Shown: in pieces, positions 35,261 through 47,746 of the stretch
How the letters are laid out: each line of letters opens with the position of its first letter
Position numbering within the stretch: the first letter of the stretch is position 1
Origin: Felis catus
Lineage: Eukaryota
Length of the DNA stretch: 64,000 bases
Assembly: GCF_018350175.1 (NCBI RefSeq)
Contig: NC_058368.1
Location: forward strand, 195,612,001-195,676,000
Reading direction: 5' to 3'
The notes under the pieces: generated by a model
What the model was told of the DNA's origin: nothing
Databases searched by the model: none
Seen by the model: the letters and a program-made list of their open reading frames with translations, nothing else
Translations under genes and position numbers: made by a program

Positions 35261-35659
35261 AAAGAAATACAAAAATAGTATTGTATTATACTTTGCGTTT
35301 TATCCCTAACGATATTTTATGGACATGTTTTGAAGTCATTGCACATCAGTCTGCCCCGTTCTTTTTGATGACTGCTTAGTATTCCAGTGAGTGAATGCAC
35401 CAGGGTTTATAAAACCAGTGCCTCCCTGGGGGACGTTTAGGACATTTCGCAGTTACAAAGCATGTGGCAGTGCACATTTTTGTTCAGCTCCTGTGGGCAG
35501 TGACGCAAAAATTTCTGGATTCTTAGAGGATTACTGATATAGTCAGTTACCTCTGGTCCTGTAGATGATTGAAACTTCAAGCGTTACTTTTCTATGAGAA
35601 CTTTGTTCTCAACTGATCAGGCGTACAAGCAGGTGTTGACGTCATTGAGAAACAACATT

Positions 35660-35960
35660 CCACGCTGTGGGTGACCCAGCTATAAGAAAAACAAATGTAC
35701 AAAAGGCTGTATCAAGAGAAACACAATACCTAAAAAGGTGGAGGTGAAAGTTCTTCTGTTTGGTCAGGTAAACCACACCTGGAGTGTTGTGTCCAATTTC
35801 AGGACCAGCTACGGATAGGGTAGTGGTAGAGGGTTGAGGGAGGTGGGGAGGGGGAGGGGTCTAGAAGCCAGTCCCTCAAGGAACAGCACAGGGAACGGGG
35901 TCTAATCAGCTTCAAGAGAATGCTATAGGTTCCAAATCTCTGGAGGGCTGAACTGGAGAA
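35660..35960 (+). mobile_element. Possible CR1/L3 LINE fragment
   Basis: 'aggctgtatcaagagaa', 'ccacacctggagtgttgtgtccaatt' resemble CR1 ORF2 3' sequence. Confidence 0.45.
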
Positions 35961-38900
35961 GAGGGGCATCTTGTTCCTTATTCTAGAGGACCCCAGAGGG
36001 TAAAGTAAGGGCTGGTAGAAGTCAAACTGGGAGTAGTCTAACCACAGCCAGTGTTGGTTACCCAGGGGAGGGTCCTTAGGGAGGAAGTTGGGTCCCTAAG
36101 ATGGTCATCTGGAGTCCCTTGGCTCCCCTGGGGACTGGATAAGTACAGGACTGAATTTCCCCTGAGCTTCCTTCCAGCCTGAGATTCTAAGCCCTGGTGA
36201 CTGCAGGTGATCAAGGGCAGACTGGGGCCTGGTTGTATACAAAATTGGAGATGGATGGAGGCAGGTGCTGGGAACTGGGGAGCATGTTCCAGATAGCCAG
36301 ACGGCAGGACTGGTTTCATCCCACTGTGCCTCAGCCCCTTGTCTCTCAGGCGGTGCGGGCCAGTGAAAAGGGCACCCAGTGTTGGAGTCCGACAGATTGA
36401 GCCTGGATTATTTGTTCTGCCACTCACCAGCTGTGTGTTTTTAGGCAAGTGACTTAACCTCTCTGAGTCGGCTTCCTTACCTGAAAAATAGAGATAACAC
36501 TATCTAGCTGAGAAGATTGGTTTCCTTGCTGGAAAACAGGGACAGTTTTCATCTCTATGGTGAGGAGAAAATGAAGCAATGTGCATAATGATACAGCCCC
36601 GTGCCTGGCATATGGTAGCACTTAACTGCCAGGTCCTCTCCCAGCTTGCGTCAGATGCTCCTTCTCCTCCTTTTGCAGTGGTGCCAGCCAGCTGATGGTT
36701 CTGGTCCACGGTCTTGTCCCCAGGCTCATGATGGGGAGCCTGCATCTTGGAGGCTGAGTGGAGCCAGTGGGGCTCCCTCTGTGGGTGAGGCAGCACAGGG
36801 GACAGGAGGAAGAAGGACACAGAGGAGATGTATGCTGTGTTTGAGGGACACAGTCCTCAAGCTGGACTGGAGCCTGGGTGCATGCTAGGGAGGCGGGGAG
36901 GACCCGGCGAAGGGCTGCAGACATCATTTGGGGTCTCTGACTGCTCTTGGGGGCGGCAGAGGCACTCTGATAGCACTTGTGGGAAGACTCTTGGTTCAGG
37001 GGAATCCACTTGGGAATTAGGAGGGATTGGCGCTGAGGAGAGCAGCCTTTTCAAGGTCAGACGGTTACAGAAAGGGGCGACGATAAATTGTAAGTTCTGG
37101 AATGTCAGAACTAGAAGGGGCCTTAAAGATTGTCTAGTCAATCCCTTATGTTATTGCTAGTGTTGCAGATACAGGCCCCTCCTTTTAGGAAACTGAAGCC
37201 CAGCGAGGGGGAAGATGTTTGCTCTGGTGGACGTTGCCTCGATCCCATGACTTCTGGGCCCAGTTCCTTGTTTTTACATGCAGCCTCTTGATTACCGAAT
37301 TGTTGCCAAGAGTGCATTAAGTCCTCACTGACAAGGATGCCAGGGCGTGCTCCCAAGTACACGCCCTCTAAAGTAGGTGCTGTGTCCTTGCTGATGGTCA
37401 TCAAGAGGGCACAGCTTGCTCTTTGATGGATGGCCCTGGGTCCATAGTTTCCCTGATGGTGAAATGGGTGGGGAGGACTGGAGATCATCATAAAGTACAA
37501 ACACGAAGAGATGTTTGCTTTACTTTGCAAGGTGCTTTCATGACTTCCTCTCATCCCGGGCGGTGGGGGTGTGGTGGGGGGGGGAGCGTTGGAGGATATT
37601 CCCATTTACAGTTGAGGAAAGGGAGGCTTAGATGCTTCGCAGTCTTTGGTGAGTGTGGTACCTTCGGCTTTTCAGAGCTGCGTCTCCATTAGCTGTGGTT
37701 GTACCAGTGTCCGTGCTCAACGATTTTTTTTGCAGTTACCAGAAATTCAGTGGTGTCACGACCTAGCTTACCGAGCCGGCAGAGGAACGTAAAAACTCCG
37801 TTAAAAGGGGGGGTATATGGGAGTGGGGGAGACTTGGCCCTAAATCAGTGGGCTGGAGTTATGGGGCTGCCCCAACCTTTTACTAAGAACCCACTGCGTG
37901 CCAGGCACTTAACTAGGTGCTATACACACATCATAATTACTTTGGAAATTTTATTATAAAATGAATGTTTCTTGTTGAGTAAATCAAGTAACCAGGAAGT
38001 ATGAAGTAGAAAGTGAGAACTCCCTTCCAACTGTACACATATGTTTGCGATTAATTTCTTTAATCTGACAGCAGGTGGGTTCTCTTGTTATTCCTGTTGT
38101 GCAACAGAGGCAGCTGAGGCTCAGAAGGGGCACACAGCCTGCAGGGGTAGACAGAGCTGGGACTCGGGAGGGGTCAGCACAGGTGACGCCCTCTGGTGCC
38201 GCACCTGAGGGAGGCTCCTGCTCTGGGTCCCATGCTTGCACTCGAGCACCCCTTTCAGTGTTACACACTGTGTGCCTCACTTGCATCGCCCACGCCCTGT
38301 ATCGGGACCCTTTCTTCCTGACTCCACGGCTGTGCTACCTCCGGTGTGTTGGGCCCCCTCTCTTTCCTTGCCTTGCTGCTGGCTCCCGGGGCTTGGGTCT
38401 TGGTTGATCCTTAGGCCCACCCTACGACATCACCATGTTTCTCTCTAGTCCAGGCTCCTCCCTGTGCACACAAGGACCCGGCGTGCAGAGAGTGGGCAGG
38501 CTTGCCTATGGCCATGAAAGTGGACAGCAGAGTAGATGCTAGCACCTTCTGACTTTCTGTCCTGTGCCTTCCTTCCTAGAGACCCCTTCCCTTCGGCCCT
38601 CTGTTGCCCCTTCCCACTGGCATCCCTGGCAGCCCCTGCCTCCGCCTGGGGATGTGGCCGTTGGCTACCTGGGACCTCCTGACTCCAGGTACCAGAGATC
38701 CACTCAGGCTTTTCCCTCGGGGGCAGGGAGAACTTCACTTCCCGCAGCGTGCAGCCAGTGCCCAGCAGCCTTAGCTTGAGCTTATTAAAGTTCCCCAGGG
38801 GCCTCAGTTTCCTCATCTGGCAAACAGACATCAGCCCTGTCATCTTCCCACCGCTGTTGTGACAATCAGATGGAAAAACAAAGCGTGGGGCACTGCTAGG

Positions 38901-40424
38901 TGTTCTGCACACGTTACAGGTTATGCAAGCTCGTGTCATTTGGAGGGCCTGGGAGCCCCCTCCTGGAACCAGCCCACGGCTCATCACAAGACAGTCTCAG
39001 ATGGGCCAGAACACTTGGGTGCGGGAGCTGGGATGCAAGTTCAATTCCAAGTCCAACCTCTTTCAGTTCTTTTCTTCTCGGATGGAGGCTGTGATTTGAG
39101 CCCACACTTCTGCCCCCCCCACCCACCCACCACACCCACTTGGCTCTTCTTCTGTCACCTTGTCACACCATGTCCTCCTCTTTGGGGCTGCTTCAGGTTC
39201 AACAGCATCTTTTCCATCCTCACACTCTGTGGTTGCCGCCTGGCCTCCCATCTGTCTAGGCCCCTTTCTGCCCCAGATGGGACCCCCAGGCTGTTGGGGC
39301 CGGCTGTGGGAGCCCAGGGCGCCCCTCAGCTGGGCTCTTGCTTAGGACAGAGGCCTGAGCGGTTGCCACTTCGTTCCTGGCTCTTTCTGTGTTCAGAAGG
39401 CGGGGGTTGGTGTCGCACTGCTGGTGTGGCACTTGCTCTTCTGTAGCTGCTGGCACCAGGCCGGATGGACGTGGATTCTACCAGGTCCTATAAGAACATG
39501 GGGCGGGGTCTCTGCTTTGCAGTGGGATCTTAGCTCGGGAGCGGAAACGGAGGGCGAGGGCAGCGGGCAGACTCGAGATCGAGAGCAAGGACCTTCTGGT
39601 TCCAGCTCCATCTTGCTGAGTGACCTTGGTCTTCACGTTCTGGGCCCTGACTCGCTGTCCTCATACTGTGAGGGAGAGTCAGGTGAGCCGATGTCCAGGA
39701 AGCTTCGGCGCTGGCCTCGGTGCTGCCCCTCGCAGGGGCGGGGGCCCGCCCCCCCTTGCCCCTCCACACACACTGTGCCGTCTGTGACCAGGGAAGACGA
39801 GGCAGCTGCCTGTGGGAGACAGGAGAGGGGTGCAGCCCCTCCCTCAGAGGACCCCTGGGTCATGCCAGTCGCCTTGGAGATTCCCTTCCAGCTCCGTCAT
39901 CCTGGGAATGATTCCCCTCTTCAGGAAAGGTTACAGAAACCACAGTGACAGGAAGAGAGTTCCCATCTGCCCGGCAGTCACCCTGGAACTGCCGCTGACC
40001 ATCTGGGCGTGAGGTCAGCAGGATGTGGAAATTCCCCATTTCTCTTACTGCGTTTCTTCCCTCCAGAAGTCCAGGCCCTCCCCTGGGTGGCTCCCCTCAC
40101 CTCCAGAGAGGGTTTTCTCACATTGGGCTGTTGTGTGTGGGCTCCGTTGGCCTCCTGCCCCGCAGCCTGTTCGCTTGCCCTGCCCCCGGGCGCTGCCTGC
40201 GAGGCTGGAGTCGGGAGAATAGCCTGCTTGCCCCTTCCTTGGCTTCCCTGAACCCCCTTCTGTGTCGGCTCCCCAACACTGAGTGTCATGAAGTTTGGAG
40301 GACACGGAGATGAGGTTTCAGTTCCTGTATCCCATATCCTGCTCTGTCACTTGGCCTGACATCCGGGCATCCTTAAAGGAGCATGGTTGTGCCGGCCCTG
40401 GTCTCAGAAGTATGTGGCCATCTT

Positions 40425-40643
40425 GGGGTGCCTGGGTGGTTCAGTCAGTTAAGCATCCGACTTCGGGTCAGGTCATGATCTCACAGCTTGTGAGTTCAAG
40501 CCCTGTGTCGGGCTCTGTGCTGACAGCTCGGAGCCTGGAGCCTGCTTCGGATGCTGTGTCTCCCTCTCTGTCTGCCCCTAACCCACTCGCATTTTGTCTC
40601 TGTCTCTCTCAAAAATAAATAAACACACACACAAAAAAAAAGA
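40425..40643 (+). mobile_element. SINEC_Fc-like SINE
   Basis: TSD AGAAG(T/C)ATGTGGCCATC at 40406-40422 and 40644-40660. Confidence 0.93.
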
Positions 40644-42159
40644 AGAAGCATGTGGCCATCCGAATGCTGCTGGTCGGTGGCGGGTCACAGCCAGGCTCTT
40701 GGGATGTTTTCAGTTGGCTTCTCAGGAGGCAGAGGCAGGTCACACACAGGCTCTCTCTGCTCTGATTAGACACTTACTGAGGCTCTATTGTGGACCACTC
40801 TGAAGATACGCTGGTAGACAAGGTGGACTTGACCCCTGCTCTCATAGAGCTCCTGGTCTACTGGGCAAGCCGGATGCGGAGTAAAAAAACATACCCAAGT
40901 CATCATGGAATGTCAGCCGCGAGTTCCTTTTAGGGTGAGTGTAGAGTGGTGAGCAGGACCCAGGACACATGGGGCCACTTATCACCAAAAGTGGCTACAA
41001 GCCTCTTCCAAGCCTTCAGTCCTCCCATATGTGAACTCTATTCAGCTCTCAATCATGGCCCACCTTCCAGGTGCCAGACCTAGGCTGGTGACAGCCTCCG
41101 GAAAGTTCTCAGTCAAATGCACAAATGCTTACACCAGTCACATACATTATATACAGGGTGGTAAGTATTTGGCCAGAGAGGCACGTGAGGAGAGTGGGGA
41201 GTGCAGAGGAAGGACTCCCCCACCATGTCTACCAACATTTTTGAGCACCTTGCTAAACACTAGTCACTGTGCTAAGTGCCTTCCCCATGCCGTCTCGTAG
41301 TTCGGGGAACGCGTCGGTGCTTTAATGCTCTGCTGTATAACCTTGACCTTTCACGTTGAAAACAAGTCCCCCCTAAACTCAGTGATGACTTTTGTGTCGG
41401 GTGTGTGGGCAGCCGTCCTTTGCGTCTGTGGGGCCCAGCAGGGCGTGGGTGCCTCTCGAAGTACATGTTCATCTTCTGTTTGTCAGTCTTTGGGGGAGGG
41501 GTCCCACTCACCAGAACTCTCTTTTTCTTTCTGGCCCATGCCATTCTGTGGTGATATGGACCCTCTGGTCAAAATGCTTATTACTTCTTGTGCTGCAGGG
41601 CAGGGGAAACAGCCCAGAGGGTACCTGATAGCTCGGCAGGTGTTACCCCACAGGCTGGAACTTGCTGTCTGGCCCTTGGGGCTGAGTCTTAAATGGGAGT
41701 TTGTATGCCAGTGTAGCAGGGGGTTAATTTAACTCGCTTTCCTAGGCAAGGCTGGGTTTGCATCTTGGCTCTCATGTGCTGGCCACGTAATCCTGGCTGC
41801 GGTACTTAACCTCACAGAGCCTCCCTTATGCAATGAGGATAATTTAGCTGGTATCTTAGGGTTGGTGCACAGCTTACCTGAGATAATGTACCCGAAACGG
41901 TGAATGCAGTGCCTGGCGAGTAGATGATTAATGAATGGGGCTGTCATTATTAACACTTGCTCACCCTTTTCTTTCAGTGAGCCCTGTGTGGGTGCTCAAA
42001 GGGCCTTTGAGGATTCCTGCCCTGGGGGTGATGATCTTGGGAAGGAGGTTTTGGGGCCCCAAGTCCTTCTGAGGTCTCCAGTGGAGCCTGCCCTTTGGAA
42101 CTCTTTCTGGGTGGCAAGCCCTTTGCAGGGCTGGAAGCTGGGTCCCCTTCTCAGCCTCG

Positions 42160-42546
42160 GGGCCTTTGCCCTTAACTATTCTCTCTGCCTAGAATATTCT
42201 TCCCTCAGGTAACCTGCATGGCTAGTTCCCTCACCTTCTTCGGGTCTTTGCTCAAATGCCTCCTTCTCTGTGAGGCCTTTCCTGACAACTCCACTTAAAA
42301 GTAAGTTCCCTGCCTCATACTTCCCTGCTTAACTGTTGTCCATAGATGTTTTAATCACCCCTAATACCATGTTTATCTGCCTATCATCGAGCTGTCTGTC
42401 TGTCTTGACCACTAGAATGTGAGCTCCCTGAGGGATTTGTTTGTCTGTTTCATTTGCTGATAATTGCCCAGTGCCCAGACTGGTACCCAGCACAGAGTAG
42501 ATGCTCAATTAATAATTGCTGAATGAATGAATGAATGAATGAATGA
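42160..42546 (-). mobile_element. L2 LINE 3' end
   Basis: 'ctagaatgtgagctcc', 'cccagcacagagtagatgctcaat', terminal (GAAT)n. Confidence 0.75.
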
Positions 42547-43415
42547 CTGGAAGGAAGAAAGAAGTTTCTCTGCTAAGTTCCAGAACTAGGCGTTTCCAAT
42601 CACTTTGCAGGGCAGTTTCCAATGAAATAAAGCAGATGAACTTACTTGAACAGATTGATGCAAAACCCTTGCTGCACAAGTAGATAGTCGTTTGATGGAA
42701 AATTTATCTGTTCACTAGAACTGCAAGGGACAGACCATACATGATATGAGACTGAAGGAAGAGGGTGACAGTGTCAACTGAGTGTATTAAATATTAGTCA
42801 GGGTTTCTCCTTCTTTCTTTTAGAAAAGATAACGTACATGTGAGTGAAACTTTGGATTGGATTGACTTGCTTATCCCTGAGGGCCCATTTGTTTTACCGT
42901 AAAGATCACTGATTTAGTGGAAGACTCTCATTTCCCCTCAGAGAGGGGAGGGGACTACCCACAATCCCACAGTGAGTTAATGGCTAGACCATTATGTTCA
43001 GTCATTAAGTGCTCACTGGACATTCACTTTATAGCTCTACCGAGCTGGGCGCTGGGGCTGCCATAATGCAAGGTCCCTGTCCTTCTGGACCCTACCAACA
43101 GGACGTGAGCTCAGGCTTTTTGACTCCCCAGTCCCTTGCTCCTTCTTGTACTCCATGGTGGATTACTGTTCCAAATGAACCAGCTGCACAGGGAGGCTGC
43201 CCAAAGAAACTGATGCCACTCTTGGGTGTCTCTTAATAGAGACACAGCGTCCAGATCAAAGGAGGTGACTGTCTTGCTCTGCTGTGCTGTGACCAGACCA
43301 GCCTCAAGTGCTGTGTTCTTTTCTGGGTTATGGGACTGCCTTCTGGGGGCATTGATTGACTAGGATGCCTCAGTGGCCTGGCCTGCCCCCTGATATACTG
43401 CTGTTGTCCTTACAG

Positions 43416-43451
43416 CCAAGTGGGCACCACGGCAGGGGTGGAGCCACCCTC
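43416..43451 (+). other. TNIP1: TNIP1 exon 2, 36-nt 5'UTR part
   Basis: Acceptor ccttacag| at 43415; 36 nt to ATG, stop-free in the CDS frame. Confidence 0.85.
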
Positions 43452-43587
43452 ATGGAAGGGAGAGGACCATACCGGATCTACGACCCTGGGGGCGGCGTGC
43501 CTCCAGGAGAGGCTTCCGCAGCTTTTGAGCGCCTAGTGGAGGAGAATTCCCGACTGAAGGAAAAAATGCAAGGGATAAAGATGTTAG
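43452..43587 (+). CDS. TNIP1: TNIP1 (ABIN-1) exon 2, first coding exon (MEGRGPYRIYDPGG...GIKML)
   Basis: ATG 43452; TTAG|gtaaaa; 136 nt; recognisable TNIP1 N-terminus. Confidence 0.97.
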
Positions 43588-44740
43588 GTAAAACAGACCC
43601 TGCGCTCTCCCTGCAAGCCTCCTCCCTGCAGCCTGCAATGCCAGCTGGCATATGCCCCCACCCAAGTCATCCCTCTGTCCCTCCTGGCCCGGCATTGGCT
43701 CCTGTCCCACAGCTGTGTCTTTGTGCACTTCTGTAGCATGATGGCAGGATTCCCAGCCCTGATTCCCCAGCACCCCAGCACCCCAGCTCCTTCTGATGAC
43801 AGGACTCAGAATACCTGAGGGACCTAGAAGGAGGCATGGAGGTGGGGGAGGAGCTAGAAGGCCCAGTTTGGGGACATGGAAACAGAATGGCCTTGTCTTC
43901 CAGAAGCACCAGAAATAGAGCTGGCATCACTGGGGCAACGAGGGCATGGTCCCCAAGTGTTGGAGCAGGGAGCTGAGCTTGGCTTGAAGCAAAGCGGGAA
44001 TAGGTCCCTTGATTTCTCCTTTCCTGGCTTTTGCCTGAGCTGTCCCCATTGCCTGGAGCAAGTCCGCTTACCTCCACGTGACTGAACCAGTCATGCGAAG
44101 GATTCATTGATACCTTGTCCAGAGGAGTCTCTTTCCTCTACGCCCCTAAAACTCTTCCTTTGCTTTGCTGCCATCTTCTCTGGCCTGAGGCTTTGGGGGT
44201 GAGCTCATGTGCCTGATTTTCTAAATGCTGAATCCTTGCTTGGCAGATCTCTGCTTGGAATGGCAGCTTAGGGAAGGGGGAGTGGAGTTTCCCATTCTCC
44301 ACTTGTAGGAGAAGGAAAACCGAGGCCGAGAGGGGTGGTGGTATTATCAAGGGCCTCCTCCCTTCAGGCAGCCCCTGAGCAGGGTGGTGTAGGCTGTGGG
44401 TAACCGCAGGTACCATGATGGGCAGTCTGAGAGCCCCTGGCCAGGAATGGCCGGAGTGGGGCAGGAGGACGGATGGTGCCAGGAGGTCAAGAGTTTGTTC
44501 TAGATTCCCCTCTACTCCATTCTCCCTGATTGTGAGGCCCCTTCTTTACCTGGCCCCTTTATGCCTAGGGGCTGGAATGAGGTGTGTCACATTCGGCCCA
44601 CAAGGCAACAGTGGGAATGCAGCCCAGGACCCGCAGCATCAGAAGCCACGCAAAAGCAGGCTTGGGGGCATGGGGCCGGGAGAACCGATGCACTGAGCTG
44701 AGTAACTCCTTTGCTCCTCCTGTGCCCATCATCTCCCCAG

Positions 44741-44875
44741 GGGAGCTTTTGGAAGAGTCCCAGATGGAAGCATCCAGGCTGCGGCAGAAGGCCGAGGAGC
44801 TGGTCAAGGACAGCGAGCTGCTGCCACCGCCATCTCCCTCTTTGGCCTCCTTTGACCACTTGGCTGAGCTCACAG
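44741..44875 (+). CDS. TNIP1: TNIP1 exon 3 (GELLEESQMEASRLRQKAEELVKDSELLPPPSPSLASFDHLAELT)
   Basis: ccccag|GG...ACAG|gtaccg, 135 nt, phase 1-1; contains LIR-like FDHL. Confidence 0.96.
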
Positions 44876-46149
44876 GTACCGGGGGGCCGGGGTTGTTTTC
44901 GGGCGTTCAACAGACTCCGAAGTCTTTAGACCCTTAACAGTGGTCTCCCTCCTCATTCAGAAACCCACGTCTCCTCCATTTATCCTTGGGCCCCAGACCA
45001 TCCTCCTAGTCATGTTTTGTCTACAGCATCCCTGAGAAGGTCAGACTTGGAAGGGACTTGAAAATAATTCTGTGTAAAAATGGCTGGTGACTCAGCACTC
45101 CTGAGGCCCTGGCAGACATTAGCGATGGATCACAACAACGCACTGCACCCGAGATGTGGCCTCAGGATCTCTATCAGCGTATTTAGTCAGCAGATATTTA
45201 ACGAGCAGCTCCCACGTGCCAGGCCTAGCGTTCCAGACAGCTACTTCGGGTCACTCAGACTTGGCACATGAACCAAAAGCTCTCTGGCCTGGCCCCACTT
45301 TTTCCATTTACCGCGGGGGCCCACGGAAGAATCTGGATTTCCTGTTAGCTTGCTGCAGTGTACCTCAAATGTAAGGCACACACACTGCCTGTTAAAGGAA
45401 CACGTCACCTGTGAGGGAGGGTTGTGGTCCTGTGTGTGGTCACCACGCATCCCTCAGCATGTCTCTGAGTACGGGGCAAGGTCCGGGGCAAGGGAAGAAA
45501 AGGCCCCCACACATGGGGCTCACGTGCCTTGTGCTGCCGCCTACCTACAGTCTTGGCCTAGGCCAGTATGCGAGCCTTCCATCGGCTGTGGTTACATTTG
45601 CTGAATGGACAAATGGAGGAGAGTGATGATCCCAGAGTCCACTGTGCTGCCGTCAGAGGGCATTTCCAGCCTCTTGTCTGTTCAGCAGTGATTTCTGAGT
45701 CCCAGCTTGGTGCCAGGCCCACGCCCTGAGTGAGAGGTGCAGCTGCTGATTGCGTGACTGTGGGCCATCTGGTGACCTTTCCAGGCCTCAGTTTCCTTCC
45801 TTCAAAATGCAGATACAGAGCTGTCATGAGAATTGGCTGAGATGACAAATATAAAAGTACTTTGTTAATTGTAAAGTGTCTCCCTTGGTATCATTGAGGC
45901 AGGTCCCGGGTAGCGAGGAGCAGTGGCCACCTTGGGATTTTCCCAGCAAGTCCAAAGAAGATAGTCTCTCTGCCCAGGTTCTGTCCCCATCATTCCAGTC
46001 GTTTTCCCAGGCTACCTGGCCCTGGCAGGACCACCTCTCATTTTCCCAGACTTGGGTAGAACTCTTCTGGCTGGGGCTGTCCGCGAGGGCATGGTATCTG
46101 GGCTTTCCCCCTTTTCCTGCTGCTTATCCATGTGTTCTCAATTCTCCAG

Positions 46150-46235
46150 GAAAGGAGGCAGGTGTCCCAGCAGCCCCTGCCGACCCTGCACACCCCAGCA
46201 ACAAGGCAGAGCCGGTCCAAAAACCTCCATCCAGT
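46150..46235 (+). CDS. TNIP1: TNIP1 exon 4 (GKEAGVPAAPADPAHPSNKAEPVQKPPSS)
   Basis: ctccag|GA...AGT|gtaagt, 86 nt, phase 1-0. Confidence 0.93.
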
Positions 46236-47662
46236 GTAAGTTACATTTGGAGTCCTGGCTGAAAGTTGCCTGGACCTCAGGTGCTCATTGGCAGATACAA
46301 GAACTTGACGAGAGAGGATTAAAGTCAAGGAACTTGGGTTCTGACTTGCTAGGTGATATTGGGCAAGTTGATCTCTGTCTCTCTGGGGGCTTGATTTCCC
46401 CATTTTCAAACGAAGGCCATGGTGAAAACTTATCAGGAAGACTCTGGTGTGCACAGGGCATTCCTCTCATTTACTGAGTTGTATAATGCCAAGCGTGTGT
46501 CGACCGGGTACAGTGCTGGGAAAACAGACAGATGTGACATGGAACTCAGATTCTCACAGGGGGCTCAGAAGGTGTCTTCTCCATATTTGCCTTGAGAAGT
46601 TTTTCTTGGTATCCCAGGCCTGGAAGGGAGCCACGTGGTCATATTGTTCAGTGTCTTCATCCCACGGATGGGGTCCAGAGAGAGAAGAGTGTTTCTGAGG
46701 AAATGGAGGTGAAAGGGAGACTTTCTAGAGCAGAGCTGAGATCCAGAGCGGGGTTCTTAGAGACCACGAGGCTCAGCTGAAGCTGAGTACAGATCCTTCC
46801 ACGTATCTGCCTGTTCCTGAGATGAGGCAAGTCTGGAACAGACTTTGGAGACCAGGTTTGGTAGCAATCCCAGAGTCAGTTCCTGGTTGAGAGGAACTAT
46901 CAGCCTATCCACTGGTTGCACAACCGGTACATTCTACTCAGCATGGCCGAGAGGTGTGAGAAGTCCCGAAGTCCTTGGCCACCCAGGGATTCGGGCGAAT
47001 CCTGTAAAAGTCTCTCCAAATTTGTTGGTGCATCCTTGGGACTTACTGCAGATCAGACCACTCCTCTGGGATCTCTGGGACTGGATTGGCAAGGCTGGCA
47101 CAGGACCGCCTTGGTGGTGGCCATACTAAATGCTATCTGTGTTCTCTGGGCGACCAACTAGAAACACCTGGGCCTGGGAGACCGCTCTGATGCCATAGGA
47201 AGAGTGTTGGACTTGCAGTCCTTGGGTTCAGTCCCTGCTTTTGCATTAACTAACCGTATGCTCTCCCGTTTCCTCATCTGTCAGATATAACCCTCTGAGC
47301 CCTCTGTGGGTTGCTTTGAGAAATAATGGAGTCTGTGAGAACATTTTAAAAGTGCACGGCCTTCGAAAGAGAATGCAATTGTAAAGTGCTAGCCGTTCAA
47401 GGTCACTAGTCCAACATCCCTGTTTTACAGATGAGGAAACTCGCCTCAGGGGAGAGTGACCTCAGATCACACAGTGGGGTGTGGGCAGACCTGTTGAGAA
47501 TCCTTCTCTGTGGTCTCACATGAAGTCACGTGGCTCCGCCCTGTGAGCTCAGCCTCTGCATGGAGGGGCTGCCCAGCTGAATTGCTGCTCTCAGTCTCGA
47601 GGCCCCAGCGGAGGGGTGAGGTGTCTTTCTCTCGGGCAGTCCCTAACTCCCTTTCTGCACAG

Positions 47663-47746
47663 GGCACCTCGTCTGAATTTGAAGTGGTCCCCGCCGAGGA
47701 GCAGAATTCTCCACCGGCGAGTGGTGGCCAAGCCAGAAACACAATG
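47663..47746 (+). CDS. TNIP1: TNIP1 exon 5 (GTSSEFEVVPAEEQNSPPASGGQARNTM)
   Basis: gcacag|GGC...ATG|gtgagt, 84 nt, phase 0-0; SSEFEVV LIR/FIP200-interacting motif. Confidence 0.95.

Noticed and set aside
43356..43451. N-terminal extension of TNIP1 suggested by the ORF track
   Set aside because: Starts at an intronic TTG upstream of the 43415 acceptor; main exon 1 has an in-frame TAA (27367-27369) and no AUG
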